Shown: in pieces, positions 11,997-22,770 of the stretch
Layout: every line of letters begins with the position of its first letter
Numbering within the stretch: the stretch's first letter is position 1
DNA from: Parvularia atlantis
Taxonomy: Eukaryota
Length of the DNA: 64,000 nucleotides
Direction: 5' to 3'
NCBI GenBank assembly: GCA_943704415.1
Contig: CALSCO010000306.1
Coordinates: 1 to 64,000, forward strand
Notes under the pieces: generated by a model
Databases searched by the model: none
What the model was told of the DNA's origin: nothing
The model's input: only the letters and a program-made list of their open reading frames with translations
Program-made: the position numbers and the translations under genes

Positions 11997-13337
11997 TCAC
12001 TGCACGCCGAGCAGCCGCTTGTACACCTCGTAGATCGTGAACGTGATCGACGAGCTCGGCACGACCGACGCTAGGCGCGCCGGCAGACCGCGGTAGAAGC
12101 CGCGCCAGCCTGACAGAGCGCGCGCGCGCACGCATGAGCAGCGAGCGCGTTCGGGCGCGCACAGCATGAGTGCGGACCGTCCTCGCCGTAGATAGCCCGC
12201 GCAGTCGGAACAATGCCCGACAGGCGCAGGCTCGTGTCGGCGCCGCGCAGTGGCCCGCCGGCCGGAGTGGTCGTGCGGCGGTCGACGAGCGCGTCGGTCT
12301 GGATGCGCGTCTTGACGGCGTCGACCGGGATGGTCAGCACCGACGCCGCCACGCCCGCGCCCGCGCCCGCGACAAGGTGGTTGACGGCCTTGAGGTCTGT
12401 CTCGACCATGTCCGGGTACGCGCTGCGCATGATCTTTGTCTGCACGTGCTTGCTGTGCGGTCGCGACGTGAGCGGCTGAGTGTGGCAGGTCGGTGGGCGG
12501 TCGCACCCGAGCTCGTAGGTGGTGAAGTATGTCGCGGCAAAGGGCACGTCGCGCAGCAGCGTCACCGTGTACCCGCTCAGGAGCCCGCCCAGCAGGCCCT
12601 CGTCGCGCAGGATCTTGCGGAAGGCGTCGATCGTGCCTGCGCGCGCAGCCGGCCTGAGCAAACGGTCGGCGCGGCTCCACGGAGCGGCACAGACCCCTGT
12701 ACGGCCGCCGGTCGCTCGACGTGCGCAGCGCACCCTGCACCTCGAGTCGTTGCTTGACGACGTCGAACGGCGTCTTGACCGAGCTGCCAAAAAGGCGCGC
12801 GCCGGCGCCTAGGTGCGCCCGGTCAAGCTCGCGACGGCCCTGGCTCGCGCACGCGCGGACGCGCACCGGCGAGCAGCGGGATGATCGGCTCGAACGTGTC
12901 GCCTGTGCCGTCGCGCACTGAGAGCAGCGCGCGCTTGAACCACTCGTACAGCCCGAAGCTGCGGCGCGCGGTGGTCAGAGATCGGTCCGGGTGACACGGC
13001 GATGGCGATGGCGTGGTGCCGACCTCACGCCCGCCGCGGGCCCGATGTAAAGCAGGCGCGCAGGCAGGCCCTTGTAGAACCCGCGCACGCCCTCCTCACG
13101 CAGGATGGCCACGAACGCGTCGAGCACGCCCTTGTAGCGCCGCACGGCGTGCTCGGGCAGGGCGCCCTGGAACTGGAGGCGGGTCTTGATCGTGTCGACG
13201 GGGACCATGATCGCAGCGGCGGTCATGCGCGCGGTCGAGCCGGCCAGCGCCTGGCGGATCATGAGCGAGGGCGAGCCGGCGGCCGAGCCGAGCTCGTGCG
13301 GCGCCGCGGCGACGGGCGCGGCATCGCTGGCAGCCAT
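11997..13337 (-). CDS. Mitochondrial carrier family protein (SLC25; SAM-carrier/mitoferrin-like)
   Basis: Three carrier signatures PVDTIKTRLQ, PFDVVKQRLE, PVDAVKTRIQ; EEGVRGFYKG; RDVPFAATYFTTYE. Confidence 0.9.
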
Positions 13338-13345
13338 CGCGCCGT

Positions 13346-13384
13346 CCGATTGGGCGTGACGTCACAACCGCCGCAGCCAATCGG
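13346..13384. promoter_or_regulatory. Putative bidirectional promoter module: inverted CCAAT boxes flanking a CRE palindrome
   Basis: CCGATTGG (13346-13353), TGACGTCA (13357-13364), CCAATCGG (13377-13384), between the divergent carrier and PKA genes. Confidence 0.6.
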
Positions 13385-13500
13385 CGTACTTTTCCGTGCC
13401 GGCGAGGCCTCAACCGCGCTTTGCTCCGCTGCCCCTTCACGCGCCCGCCTCGCGCGCAGCCACCGTCCACCACACCGCACGCATACGCGCGCCGAGAGAC

Positions 13501-15147
13501 ATGGGTAACGACCACTCGCACAGCCGCGCGGCCGGCGGCGCGACCATGTCGAAAAAGGATGGTGCGGGAAACGTCCTGCGCAGCACGACGGGAGACCGCT
13601 CAACGGCGCCGCCGCAGTCGCCCTCACCTTCGCCAAGAAGCCTGTCACGCTCGACGACTTTGAGCTCAAGCGGACGCTCGGTGCGCGGCGGCGGCGGGCG
13701 CGCGGGCGTGGCTTACGAGGCCGACGCGTGGCGCAGGCACCGGGTCGTTCGGGCGCGTGATGCTCGTGGTGCACAAGGCGACCGGCGCGCGGCTCGCGAT
13801 CAAAATCCTCAAGAAGGACAAAGTCGTCAAGGTGCTGCGGCCGCCGCACCCCCCGCGCGCCCCGACATGACACGCCCCGCACCCCGCTGCGCAGATGAAG
13901 CAGGTCGACCACACCAAGTACGAGAAGCAGATCCTCGACCAGATCAACTGCCCCTTTGTCGTCAACCTCGTCGGCTTCTTCCAGGACAAGAAGAACCTGT
14001 ACTTGGTGATGGAGTACGTGCCCGGCGGCGAGATGTTCTACCACCTTCGACGAGCCGGCCGGTGCGAGCGCGTGCTGGTCTGCTGCGCCGTTGACACACG
14101 CGCGCGCGCGCGTGCAGCTTCACCGACGAGGTCGCCAAGTTCTACGCAGCCGAGGTCGTGCTCGCGTGGGAGTACCTGCACGACCGGCACATCATCTACC
14201 GCGACCTCAAGCCCGAGAACCTGCTCATCAACTCGGACGGCCATCTCAAGGCGCGGCGCTGAGCCCCGCACGTGGGCCGGCTCACCCTCCGGCTGACGTG
14301 CGAGCGCGCAGGTCGCCGACTTTGGCTTTGCCAAGAAGGTGGAGGAGCGCACGTGGACGGTCTGCGGCACGCCCGAGTACCTCGCGCCCGAGATCATCCT
14401 GAGCCGAGGGTGCGCACGCTGCTCGCACTGCCGCCGCACGCGCATGCTCACGGAACCGGGCCGGGCGCAGCTACGGCAAGGCAGTAGACTGGTGGGCGCT
14501 CGGCGTGCTCATCTACGAGATGCTCGTTGGCTACCCGCCCTTCTTTGACGACGACCCCTACGAGATCTACGAGAAGATTGTCGCGTGCAAGGTGCGCCTG
14601 TCCAGCCGGGTGGGTCAAGCGTGCTCACCGCGCGGGCCGCGGGCGCAGGTCAAGTACCCGCCGTTCCTCAAGCCGGCCGCGCGGGACCTCATCTCCAACC
14701 TGCTGCAGGTCGACCTGAGGTGCGACGCCGGCCCGCGGGCTCTTGGGCAATCGGTACTCACGCGAGCGCACATCCGCAAAAACCAGCAAACGCTTTGGCA
14801 ACCTCAAGGACGGCGTGGAGGACATCAAGAAGCACAAGTGGTTTAGCGACATCGACTGGGCCGCGATGTCACAGGTGCGGGCTCGCGCGCGGCGCCTCGC
14901 TGTGCAGCTGCCTGAGCGTGGCACCGCCCGCCTCAGCTCAAAATCAAGCCGCCGTTTGTGCCCGTCGTAAGCGGCACGGACGACACGTCCAACTTCCAGA
15001 AGTACGACGAGGTACGCTCTCAACTGTCTGCTCGCGCGTTCTTGTGCAAGTGCTCACGCCGCACGCTTTGCGCAGGATCCCGACCTCAAAGCCGCGGCTA
15101 ACGACACGTCCGAGGACCCCTTTGCGGACAAGTTTGCCGACTGGTGA
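13501..15147 (+). CDS. PKA: cAMP-dependent protein kinase catalytic subunit (PKA-C), multi-exon
   Basis: MGN start, [91 protein letters not shown], terminal FADW. Confidence 0.95.
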
Positions 15148-15663
15148 CGCGCCGGGACGCCCTGGTGTTCATGCCGTCGATCGGCCGCTGCGCTCGCTTC
15201 TCCGCTGTCCTTGCCCTATGTGTCATAGCCTCCCCCTCCAATGCAAAGAGCGTCCAACTGACGCTGGCCATCTGGCATTTGATGCCGCGTCAGCGAAGCC
15301 CCGAGTGGAAGATTTTCGACAAAACTGTCCGTCCGTCCGGACCCGGGCCTTCAGGTTCAGAGTCAGCCAAACTCCTCACGGCAACATCTACGTTTTCGGC
15401 TGAGCGTTGCTCGCCAGTGCCGAGCAGCCCAGCAAAGCGACACGCGTCTTCCGAACGATCATTGCTGACCGCCGCTCATCCAAATCCACAATGGTTCAGA
15501 CTTTACGCGGTCGTGACCGTGACATGGACGCCAATGACGCTGGCAAGCCCCAAAATTGAAGCTCAACTGACTGGCTGAGGGTAAGCTCGAGCTACTTGGA
15601 CCTACTAATAGCCTCGCGGAACGCCTGTTCAACGGCACTAGGTGAGATTTCTGTGCCGGTCAC

Positions 15664-15685
15664 TGTGTGTGTGTGTGTGTGTGTG
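15664..15685. repeat. (TG)11 microsatellite
   Basis: Directly visible; bounds a lower-GC segment. Confidence 0.9.
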
Positions 15686-15725
15686 AGAAGTCGGCAGATC
15701 GCAGCGCAAGTCACAGCGGCGCAGG

Positions 15726-16304
15726 TCACAGCGAGGCACGCACAGCGGCCAGGTCCTTGCGGAAGAAGAGCGCCTCGCCCCACGACCGCCGCGCCTGCTT
15801 GAAGCGCTGGTAGCCGAGGCTCTCGAGCAGCCGCGCCGACGGGGCGCCGACGAGTGTCGTGGCCGTGAGCGTGCGGATGCCGAGCTGCCCGGCCGCGAAC
15901 TGCTCGACAAGCAGCGTGAGGCCGCGGGCGATGTCGAGGTGGCGCGCGCGCGCGGTGACGACAATGCTCGTGACGCTCGCGGTTTGCGTGCGCGCATCAG
16001 CCACCTCCGGGTCCTCGTCCTCCAAGTCGAGCGCGACCATGGCCACGACGCGGCTCATCGTCTTGGCGCCCGCCGAGGGCCCGCCCGCGGGCGCCGGCCC
16101 GGCGCCCGCTGCGCACGTCGCGGCCGCCCTATCGGCGCCCCACCCGTCCGTCTCGGCGACCCACATGAAGCGCGCGCCGCGATCGACCTGGCGGAACCAC
16201 TCGGGCAGGCGCTCGGCGTCCCAGCCGGCCTCCTGCCGCAGCGCGAGCAGCGCGGGCGCGTCACGTCGCTCGGCAGGCCGTGCGCTCCACTTCAGCATCA
16301 TCAT
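15726..16304 (-). CDS. GNAT-family acetyltransferase, apparently intronless
   Basis: RPAERRDAPALLAL, FMWVAE, VVAMVAL, motif A-like SIVVTARARHLDIARGL, motif B-like SARLLESLGY. Start at one of three ATGs (16298/16301/16304). Confidence 0.8.
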   Translation of the reverse strand: MMMLKWSARPAERRDAPALLALRQEAGWDAERLPEWFRQVDRGARFMWVAETDGWGADRAAATCAAGAGPAPAGGPSAGAKTMSRVVAMVALDLEDEDPEVADARTQTASVTSIVVTARARHLDIARGLTLLVEQFAAGQLGIRTLTATTLVGAPSARLLESLGYQRFKQARRSWGEALFFRKDLAAVRASL

Positions 16305-19300
16305 GGCAACTGTCACCGATGAAGCTGTCGTGGTGCGCGCGTCGCATCCGCGTGCCACCGACGTGCCCCTGACGCGGCGCCGCGGCGGCCAGCTCGACCT
16401 GCGCCGCCTCGTCGACGCCTACTTCCGCCAGCTCGCGCATGGCTGCGGGCGCGCCGACTGCGCGACGCGGCTCTGCGCCGGGTCGATCGGGCCGCTGCCG
16501 GTCGAGACCTGCGCGGCGCTGAGCGTCAACCTGGCGGCGTCGTTCGGCGACCGCCTGCTGTGCCCGCACATGCCCGTGCCCGCGCGCACGACCTCACTGC
16601 TCGAGCGCAGCCTGCTCTGGTGGCGCCCGCGCCCGATGCAGCCCGCCCTCGCGACCTTCCTCGTGCGCCGTCCGGCCTAGGCGTGCGACGTGCGGCTCAC
16701 TCGCACTCGCGCACCCAGGCCAGCATGCTCACGACCGGGCCCTGGCGCTGGTTCCTTGGACACAACAGGCCTCGGCCGCAGCGCGTCCCGCCGCAGTCGC
16801 TGCCGCAGGCGATCGTGCACCGCGCGCTCGGTGCGCGGTCCCGTCTCGCGACTGCACAAGCGGCTCATGCAGCGTTTCGTGCGCAGTGGGTCGCCGGCAC
16901 AGCACTGTCAGCGAGTGGGCCTGTATTCTCGTGGGTCTCGGTGACTCTGACCAGCGCGTGGCTGACCGCGCACGACTGCTTGCGACGCTGGACAACACCG
17001 CGCTGCGCGGCGACCTGCTCGCGGCCGTGGCGGTGCGTCACGCTACTGGCGTGCGTCGAACCAAACGCTGCGCTCGCTGCAGGTATTTACCGACCTACGT
17101 GACGCGCCCGTCACGGCGCTGCTGCGGCACGTGGTCGAGCAGATGGACGGAGCCGTGCGCGCCGTGCTCACCTGGCTGCGCTGGCCGCCTGCCTCACTCG
17201 CCGCCGGCGCAGACCGTCACTGCGGCCAAGGAGCGCATGATTGCGGCGCTCATGCCCGACGTTGTGCTGGAGGGCCGTCTCGCCGAGCGCTGGAATGACG
17301 CGGTCAGGTTGTGCGCACTTCGCTGTACTCGCTTGTGGTGCTGACGGGCGCGCACAGGATGACGCTGCTGTTTCTGCTCATCGCCAACGACACCAGCACG
17401 GAGAGCCGCGAGGTCGCGTCGGCGCTAGCCGCCGTTGTGCAGCAGTGGCCGGCGCGCGTGCAGGCATGTCGATCGGTATTCTCACGCTGAGTCACTGACT
17501 CGGGCACAACGCGGCAGGCCGAGGCGGAGCAGCTGTGGGTGCACCTGGACACGCACGAGCTCGTGCTAGTGGTGTCGATGCTGCGTCGTGCGTGCGCCCG
17601 CTCTGTCTGTGAGCGCGACGTCGTGACCAGCGGGTGCAGGCGCATTCAAGGCGCGCTACAGCCCCTCGCGGCGTCTGGACAAGGGCGCCGTGGCGATCCT
17701 CGACACGCTCCAGCTGCTGCATCGCTGCAGCCGCGCGCTGCACGTCGATGCCACACTGTTCTACTCGGTGCGCGCGCGTGCGTCTCGCATTCAGCACGTG
17801 CTGCTGATGCGCCGACGCAGGAGTCTGTCAACCAGCACCTTGAGGCGCGCGCCGAGTACGACGCGTGGCAGCCCGTCCACGACGGCCGTGTGGCCCTGCG
17901 CTGCCCGGTGCTGTGGCGCGACACGCTGCCGCGGTCGACGTCTGTGCTTGTGCGTGCGCGTGCGCATTCACCGCTGTCCCGCCTGACGCGCAGGGCCCGC
18001 CGTGTAGGCGTACCCGTTCCTGTTGCGCGCCTCTGCCAAGGCGCAGATCGCGGCGCTGCAGAACCTTGAGGTGATGGCCAAGAACATGATGGGCATCATC
18101 TGCCTCGACCACTGGGCCTCGCGGCTGATCAAGCTGGTGGGCAGGCGGCCCTGCGTGTACACACGCTGACGGGCGCGGCCGCAGGTGGGCCACTCGTCGC
18201 CGTTGGCGCGGCGACTGTTCAACGAGAGCCGCTACGTGTGCTCGCCGTACCTCGTCCTAACCGTGTCGCGCGAGCGGCTCGTGCACGACACCATGCAGCA
18301 GGTGTGACGTGGCCGCGTCGAGCGTGTGCAGACGGCGACCCACGCGTTTCATTGCAGATGCGCCTCAAAGACATGAACTTGCGCAAGCCTTTGCGCGTGC
18401 GCTTCGTCGACGGCGGCGAGGAGGGCGTGGACCAGGGCGGTGTGCAGAAGGAGTTTTTCCCGCTCTTCTTTGCCCAGGCGCTGCACCCGCAGCACGGTGC
18501 GCGCGCGTGCGAATCGTCGCGTGGCGCAGCTGAGCCGACGGGCAGGGGTCATCACCGTGCACGATGAGTCGCGCCTGCTGTGGCCTGCTGTCGGCGCGTG
18601 CGACACGGCAGAGGACGCGGACGACGTCTTGGTCCTCGGCAAGGTGAGCGCAGTTGCGGCATGCGCGGCGTGGTCCTCACGCGCAGTGCTGCAGCTCCTG
18701 GGCGTGTGCGTGTACAACGGTGTGCAAGTCAACCTGCCGGTGCCGCTGGTCTTCTTCAAGCGGCTGCTGGACGAGGCACCGGAGCTGAGCGACCTGTCCG
18801 AGCTTGAGCCGGTGCGCGCTCGTGGGGCGTTTGCATGCGCCGCTTACAGCCCAGGGAACGCGCAGCAACTGGCTGCCGGCCTGACGCAGCTGCTCGAATT
18901 TGACGGCGACGTCGAGGGCACGTTCTGCCGCACGTTTGCGGTCGACGGCCTGGACTCGCTGAGCCCCGCGCGCGCTCTCGAGCTCGTGCCCGGCGGAGCC
19001 AATGTGCCGCTGACGAACGTGCGTGCGCGGACGTGGTGCACGCTTAGCGTGACGTCTACCTGGGCGTGCACCAGGCCAACCGCCACGAGTACGTTGACGC
19101 GTACGTCCGCCTCGTCATGCACACCCTGGCTGAGCCCGTGATGGAGCCGCTGAGCCGCGGGTTCTGGGCCGTCCTGGGTGAGTCGTACCTGCGCACGTGC
19201 ACCGCGGCCGAGCTGCGCCAGATCGTCTGCGGCAATCCGGCGCCGTTGGTGTGCCGGTTTGCAGGCGGGCATGTGGCGCTTGCTGACAAAACGGGCAGGA

Positions 19301-19732
19301 CGTGGATGAGCTGCGGGCCATCGTGCAGTACGACGACGGCTACAGCCCTGACCACCCGCTCATCCGCGCGTTCTGGAGGTGCGATGGCCGCGCCGGCGTC
19401 CACGATGCTGACATCAGAGGCCGCGCAGCATCGTACGCGAGATGGACCCGTCGACGCGCCGCCGCCTGCTGCGCTTCGTCACGGCGAGCGACCGCGTGCC
19501 GCTGCGCGGGATGCAGGCGCTCACGTTTGTGATCCAGGTGCGTGCGTGTGCGCTCCCGCGGGCAGCCTGCTGACACATCTCCGCACAGCGCAATGGGCCC
19601 GACTCGGAGCGCCTTCCGTCGGCGCAGACGTGCTTCGGCCGCTTACTCCTGCCCGAATACAGCAGCAAGCAGAAGCTAGAGGAGCGCCTGCTGACCGCGC
19701 TTCATCTAGGCTTTGGCTTTGGTCTTGCCTGA
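16303..19732 (+). CDS. HECT E3 ubiquitin ligase with N-terminal AZUL zinc-binding domain (UBE3A/E6AP-like), multi-exon
   Basis: [19 protein letters not shown] (AZUL), [75 protein letters not shown] (catalytic Cys), GFGLA*. Confidence 0.9.
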
Positions 19733-19761
19733 GCAGCACGTGTACAATACGGCACCCCTCG

Positions 19762-22616
19762 TCAGTGCTCGGTGTCCTTGCGTTTGCGCGCTGAGGTGCG
19801 GGTGGTGCGCGGAGCCGGCGAGGCGGCCGGTGTTGCGGCAGATGCCAGAGTGGCGGCGGGCACGGGCGCAGGCGTGACGGGAGCCGGCGTTGCGGCGGGT
19901 GCAGGCGTGGTGAGTGCAGGCGCAGCAGGTGCAGCGGGTGCATGCGCTGGCTTGTCAACAGGTGCGGGCGTGGGCGCAGGTGCCAAGGCCGGCGCAGGGA
20001 TCGTAACCGAGCTGGTGTCCATCAACGCGTCGTCGGCGGGCACGGCAGGCACGGGCGGCGCGGCGACGGGCAGCGGCTCGTACTCCACGGGCGGCTCGGG
20101 CAACGGTGGCAGCGACGCGAGCTTGGCGAGGAGCACGTCCACACCCGCCGGCAGCGACAGCGTGCGCTCAATCGCCTGGGCGCGATGCGACCGTGAGCAG
20201 CGCCTATGAGCGGTCAATGACACGCACCTTCTGCATTGCCTCGTCGACGTCGACGCCAAGGGGCCCGCGCGGGAAGCACTGCACGCGCACGTCGCCCCCT
20301 TGGCCGACGTAGATGTCGACGTTGACGAGGTGCGCGACCTTGTGTCGGCGTGAACACCAGCGAGGCAGCGCATACGTGCACGTACGGCAGGCGACTGCGT
20401 GTGCAGCGTGACGCGGCCAGGCGGCGCAGCAGTCCACTCGATGCTTTGAGCAGCGGGTAGCGCGGCGGCTTGCTGGCTTCCGAGCCTCGCGATCGACGCC
20501 ACCAGGTCGTTGAAGGCGATCTGCTGGCGCAGCAACTGTAATGCGGCCGGGCGTGAGCGGGCAGCGGCCGCCAGGGCAGTGGTGCGCACGTGGACGGCCT
20601 CGTACAGCTGCGCGATGTGCGAGAAGGGCACACGCTCGACGACCACGTGCGGCACGCCGCTCGACGTGTCTGGCGAGTACACCTGCGTGTGCCCACCGAC
20701 GCTCTCCTGGCCGGCCGTGCGCGTGTCAGTAAGGCGCGCTGCCGCAGCGCCTCCGTGCCGACACACGATCGTAAGCGCCCGCGACGGGTCTACCGCGGCG
20801 CTGTCGGCCCTGAGCAGCGTGCCTGCGAAGCGCGCGCGTCCGCTTGAGCCACGCATGCTGAGCATGCACCGCGCCGCGCACTCTGCAGCGAGCGGTCCCA
20901 CGCGTGCGACATGCCCGCCTTCGACGCGGATGCGAAAGGTCTGCGCTGCTGCGCGGCTGGCTTGTCTGCAATCATACAGCCGTCAGACGGGCACACCGTG
21001 GGGGCGCGCGGGGAGTGCGGCACCGTTCGCACTGTCCGGCCGCAGAGCGTTCAGGCGCTGCGCAACCGCCACGCCGACGGGCACAGGCGGGCTGAGGTGC
21101 AGCACAAACTGCACCGGCAGCGACAGGCCGCCCGCCGTCGCCGCGCGAAACCTGACGTCGGGCGGCAGCAGCGCCGGCCCGTGCACAGCACTCGCGTCGT
21201 CGGCTGCGGCCAGCGCAGAACCAGACGGCGCTGGCATGCCCGCAGCGGCGCTCGGCTCGACGCTGACAAACGCGGCGAAGCACGGCACCTGGCCGGCCGC
21301 AAAGGCGCGGGCGTCTGCAGCCGCAGACCGTGTCAGCCAGCGACGGGCGTCAGGGCGTAGCCGCCGTACCTGCCGCGATCTGCTTCAGCGCACACAGTGC
21401 CTGCTGTCGCGGCGTCCAGGCGTAGACGATGCTGTTGATGACGACGTGCTGCGCGCTCGCGGTGGGCACGCCGCAGCCGCGGTTAATACGCCGCGCCAGC
21501 GAGGCCTCGCGCGCCCTGTCGTACGAGTGTGAGAGCGCGTTTGCATCGCCTCGAGGGGTGCCCGCACCCGTCCAGCTCGGCGATGCGGACGATGTCGCCA
21601 ATGAGGCTGCTGAGCGCCGCCTGGACATGCGCCGGCTCGGTGCGCGCGCACGCTTGGTCGAGCGCGACGAGTCGCCGCAGCATCGCCGCCAGCCGCGGCA
21701 CGTCGTCGGTCCTGTGTTGCGCTGGTCAGACGCGCGCGGTCACCTTGATCGCCGTACAGCAGCAGGTGCAGCAGGTGCGGGTCGGCGCTCTCGGCGATCT
21801 GCAGTGGCGGGTCAGAGAGCGCACGAGCGCGTGGCGCGCAGGGCAGCACCTCAAGGTTGGCGAAGTTGGCCTGGACGGTCGCTGTGGCAATGCTCCCGTC
21901 GGCGCTGTAGATGACCTGCGTTGCCGTTCGCGTGAGCATGTGCGCATGCGCTGTGTGTGCGTGTGCGTGTGTGCGTGTGTGTGTGCATGTTTGCGCGCAC
22001 ATCAATCAGCACGACGACGCCCGACAGCGTGACCGTGCTCGTCGTCGGCTCGACGTACACCTGGAAGCTGGCGGACGATGAGCGCACGTTAGCGCGGGTC
22101 GGGAGAGCGATGATGCCGCCTCGCGCACCCGGCCGCGGTCGCCATCTGCTCCAGCACGGCCATGGACGTGCACGCCGCGGCGGCGCGCGCGTGCAGCGCC
22201 GAGTTTTTGAGCGTGGTGGCGGTGGCGGCGAGCACGCGCTTGACGGCCGAGTGCTCAGCGAGGGCCCTGGACGAGGCCTGCGCGCATCGGGCCGTGAGCC
22301 GCGCCGGGCAGCCACGGCAGACGCACGCGCAGCGCCTGGGCGAGCACGCGTGCCTGGCGCGGGTCGCTCTCGAGCAGCGTGCGGCGGTAGCCCTCGAGCA
22401 TGCGCCGGGCCGTGCACAGCTTGGCGTCCGCATCGGCCTCGAGCGGCGCGACGTTGAAGCGCGCGAGCGGGTGCGCTGCGCGGCCACCAATCGGCACGGG
22501 CTGCTGCACACCGGCGTCGTGGCCCACGCACCCAGCTGCGCCGGCGTCGCCGCGGGCGCGGGCACCGTCTTCCACGCGGCTTGGACGTCGGCGACGAGTT
22601 CTCTCAGCGCCGCCAT
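19762..22616 (-). CDS. MED1: Mediator subunit Med1-like, multi-exon, Pro/Ala-rich tail
   Basis: TVTLSGVVVLID, FVLHLSPPVPV, ERVPFSHIAQL...LLRQQIAFNDLVASI and AIERTLSLP resemble Med1-domain motifs. Internal exon boundaries only partly resolved. Confidence 0.7.
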
Positions 22617-22770
22617 GCTTTGCGCGTGGCTCGGCGTCAGCGCATAGTGCGCGTTCTCGGGCGCACTCGCGGCGCGAGAAAAGAACAACCAAGGATGAAC
22701 GACAAGACAGGGCAGAGAAGACGCGAGGGGTAGGTGGGAAGGGGGCGAGTGGGGCGCGCGCCGAGCACGC

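Noticed and set aside
15290..15570. RNase P/MRP, U3 or Sm-snRNA identity for the low-GC island (fragments TTCAGACT, GATCATT, AATTTTGG on minus)
   Set aside because: Only isolated short matches; the partner conserved regions are not in the required order.
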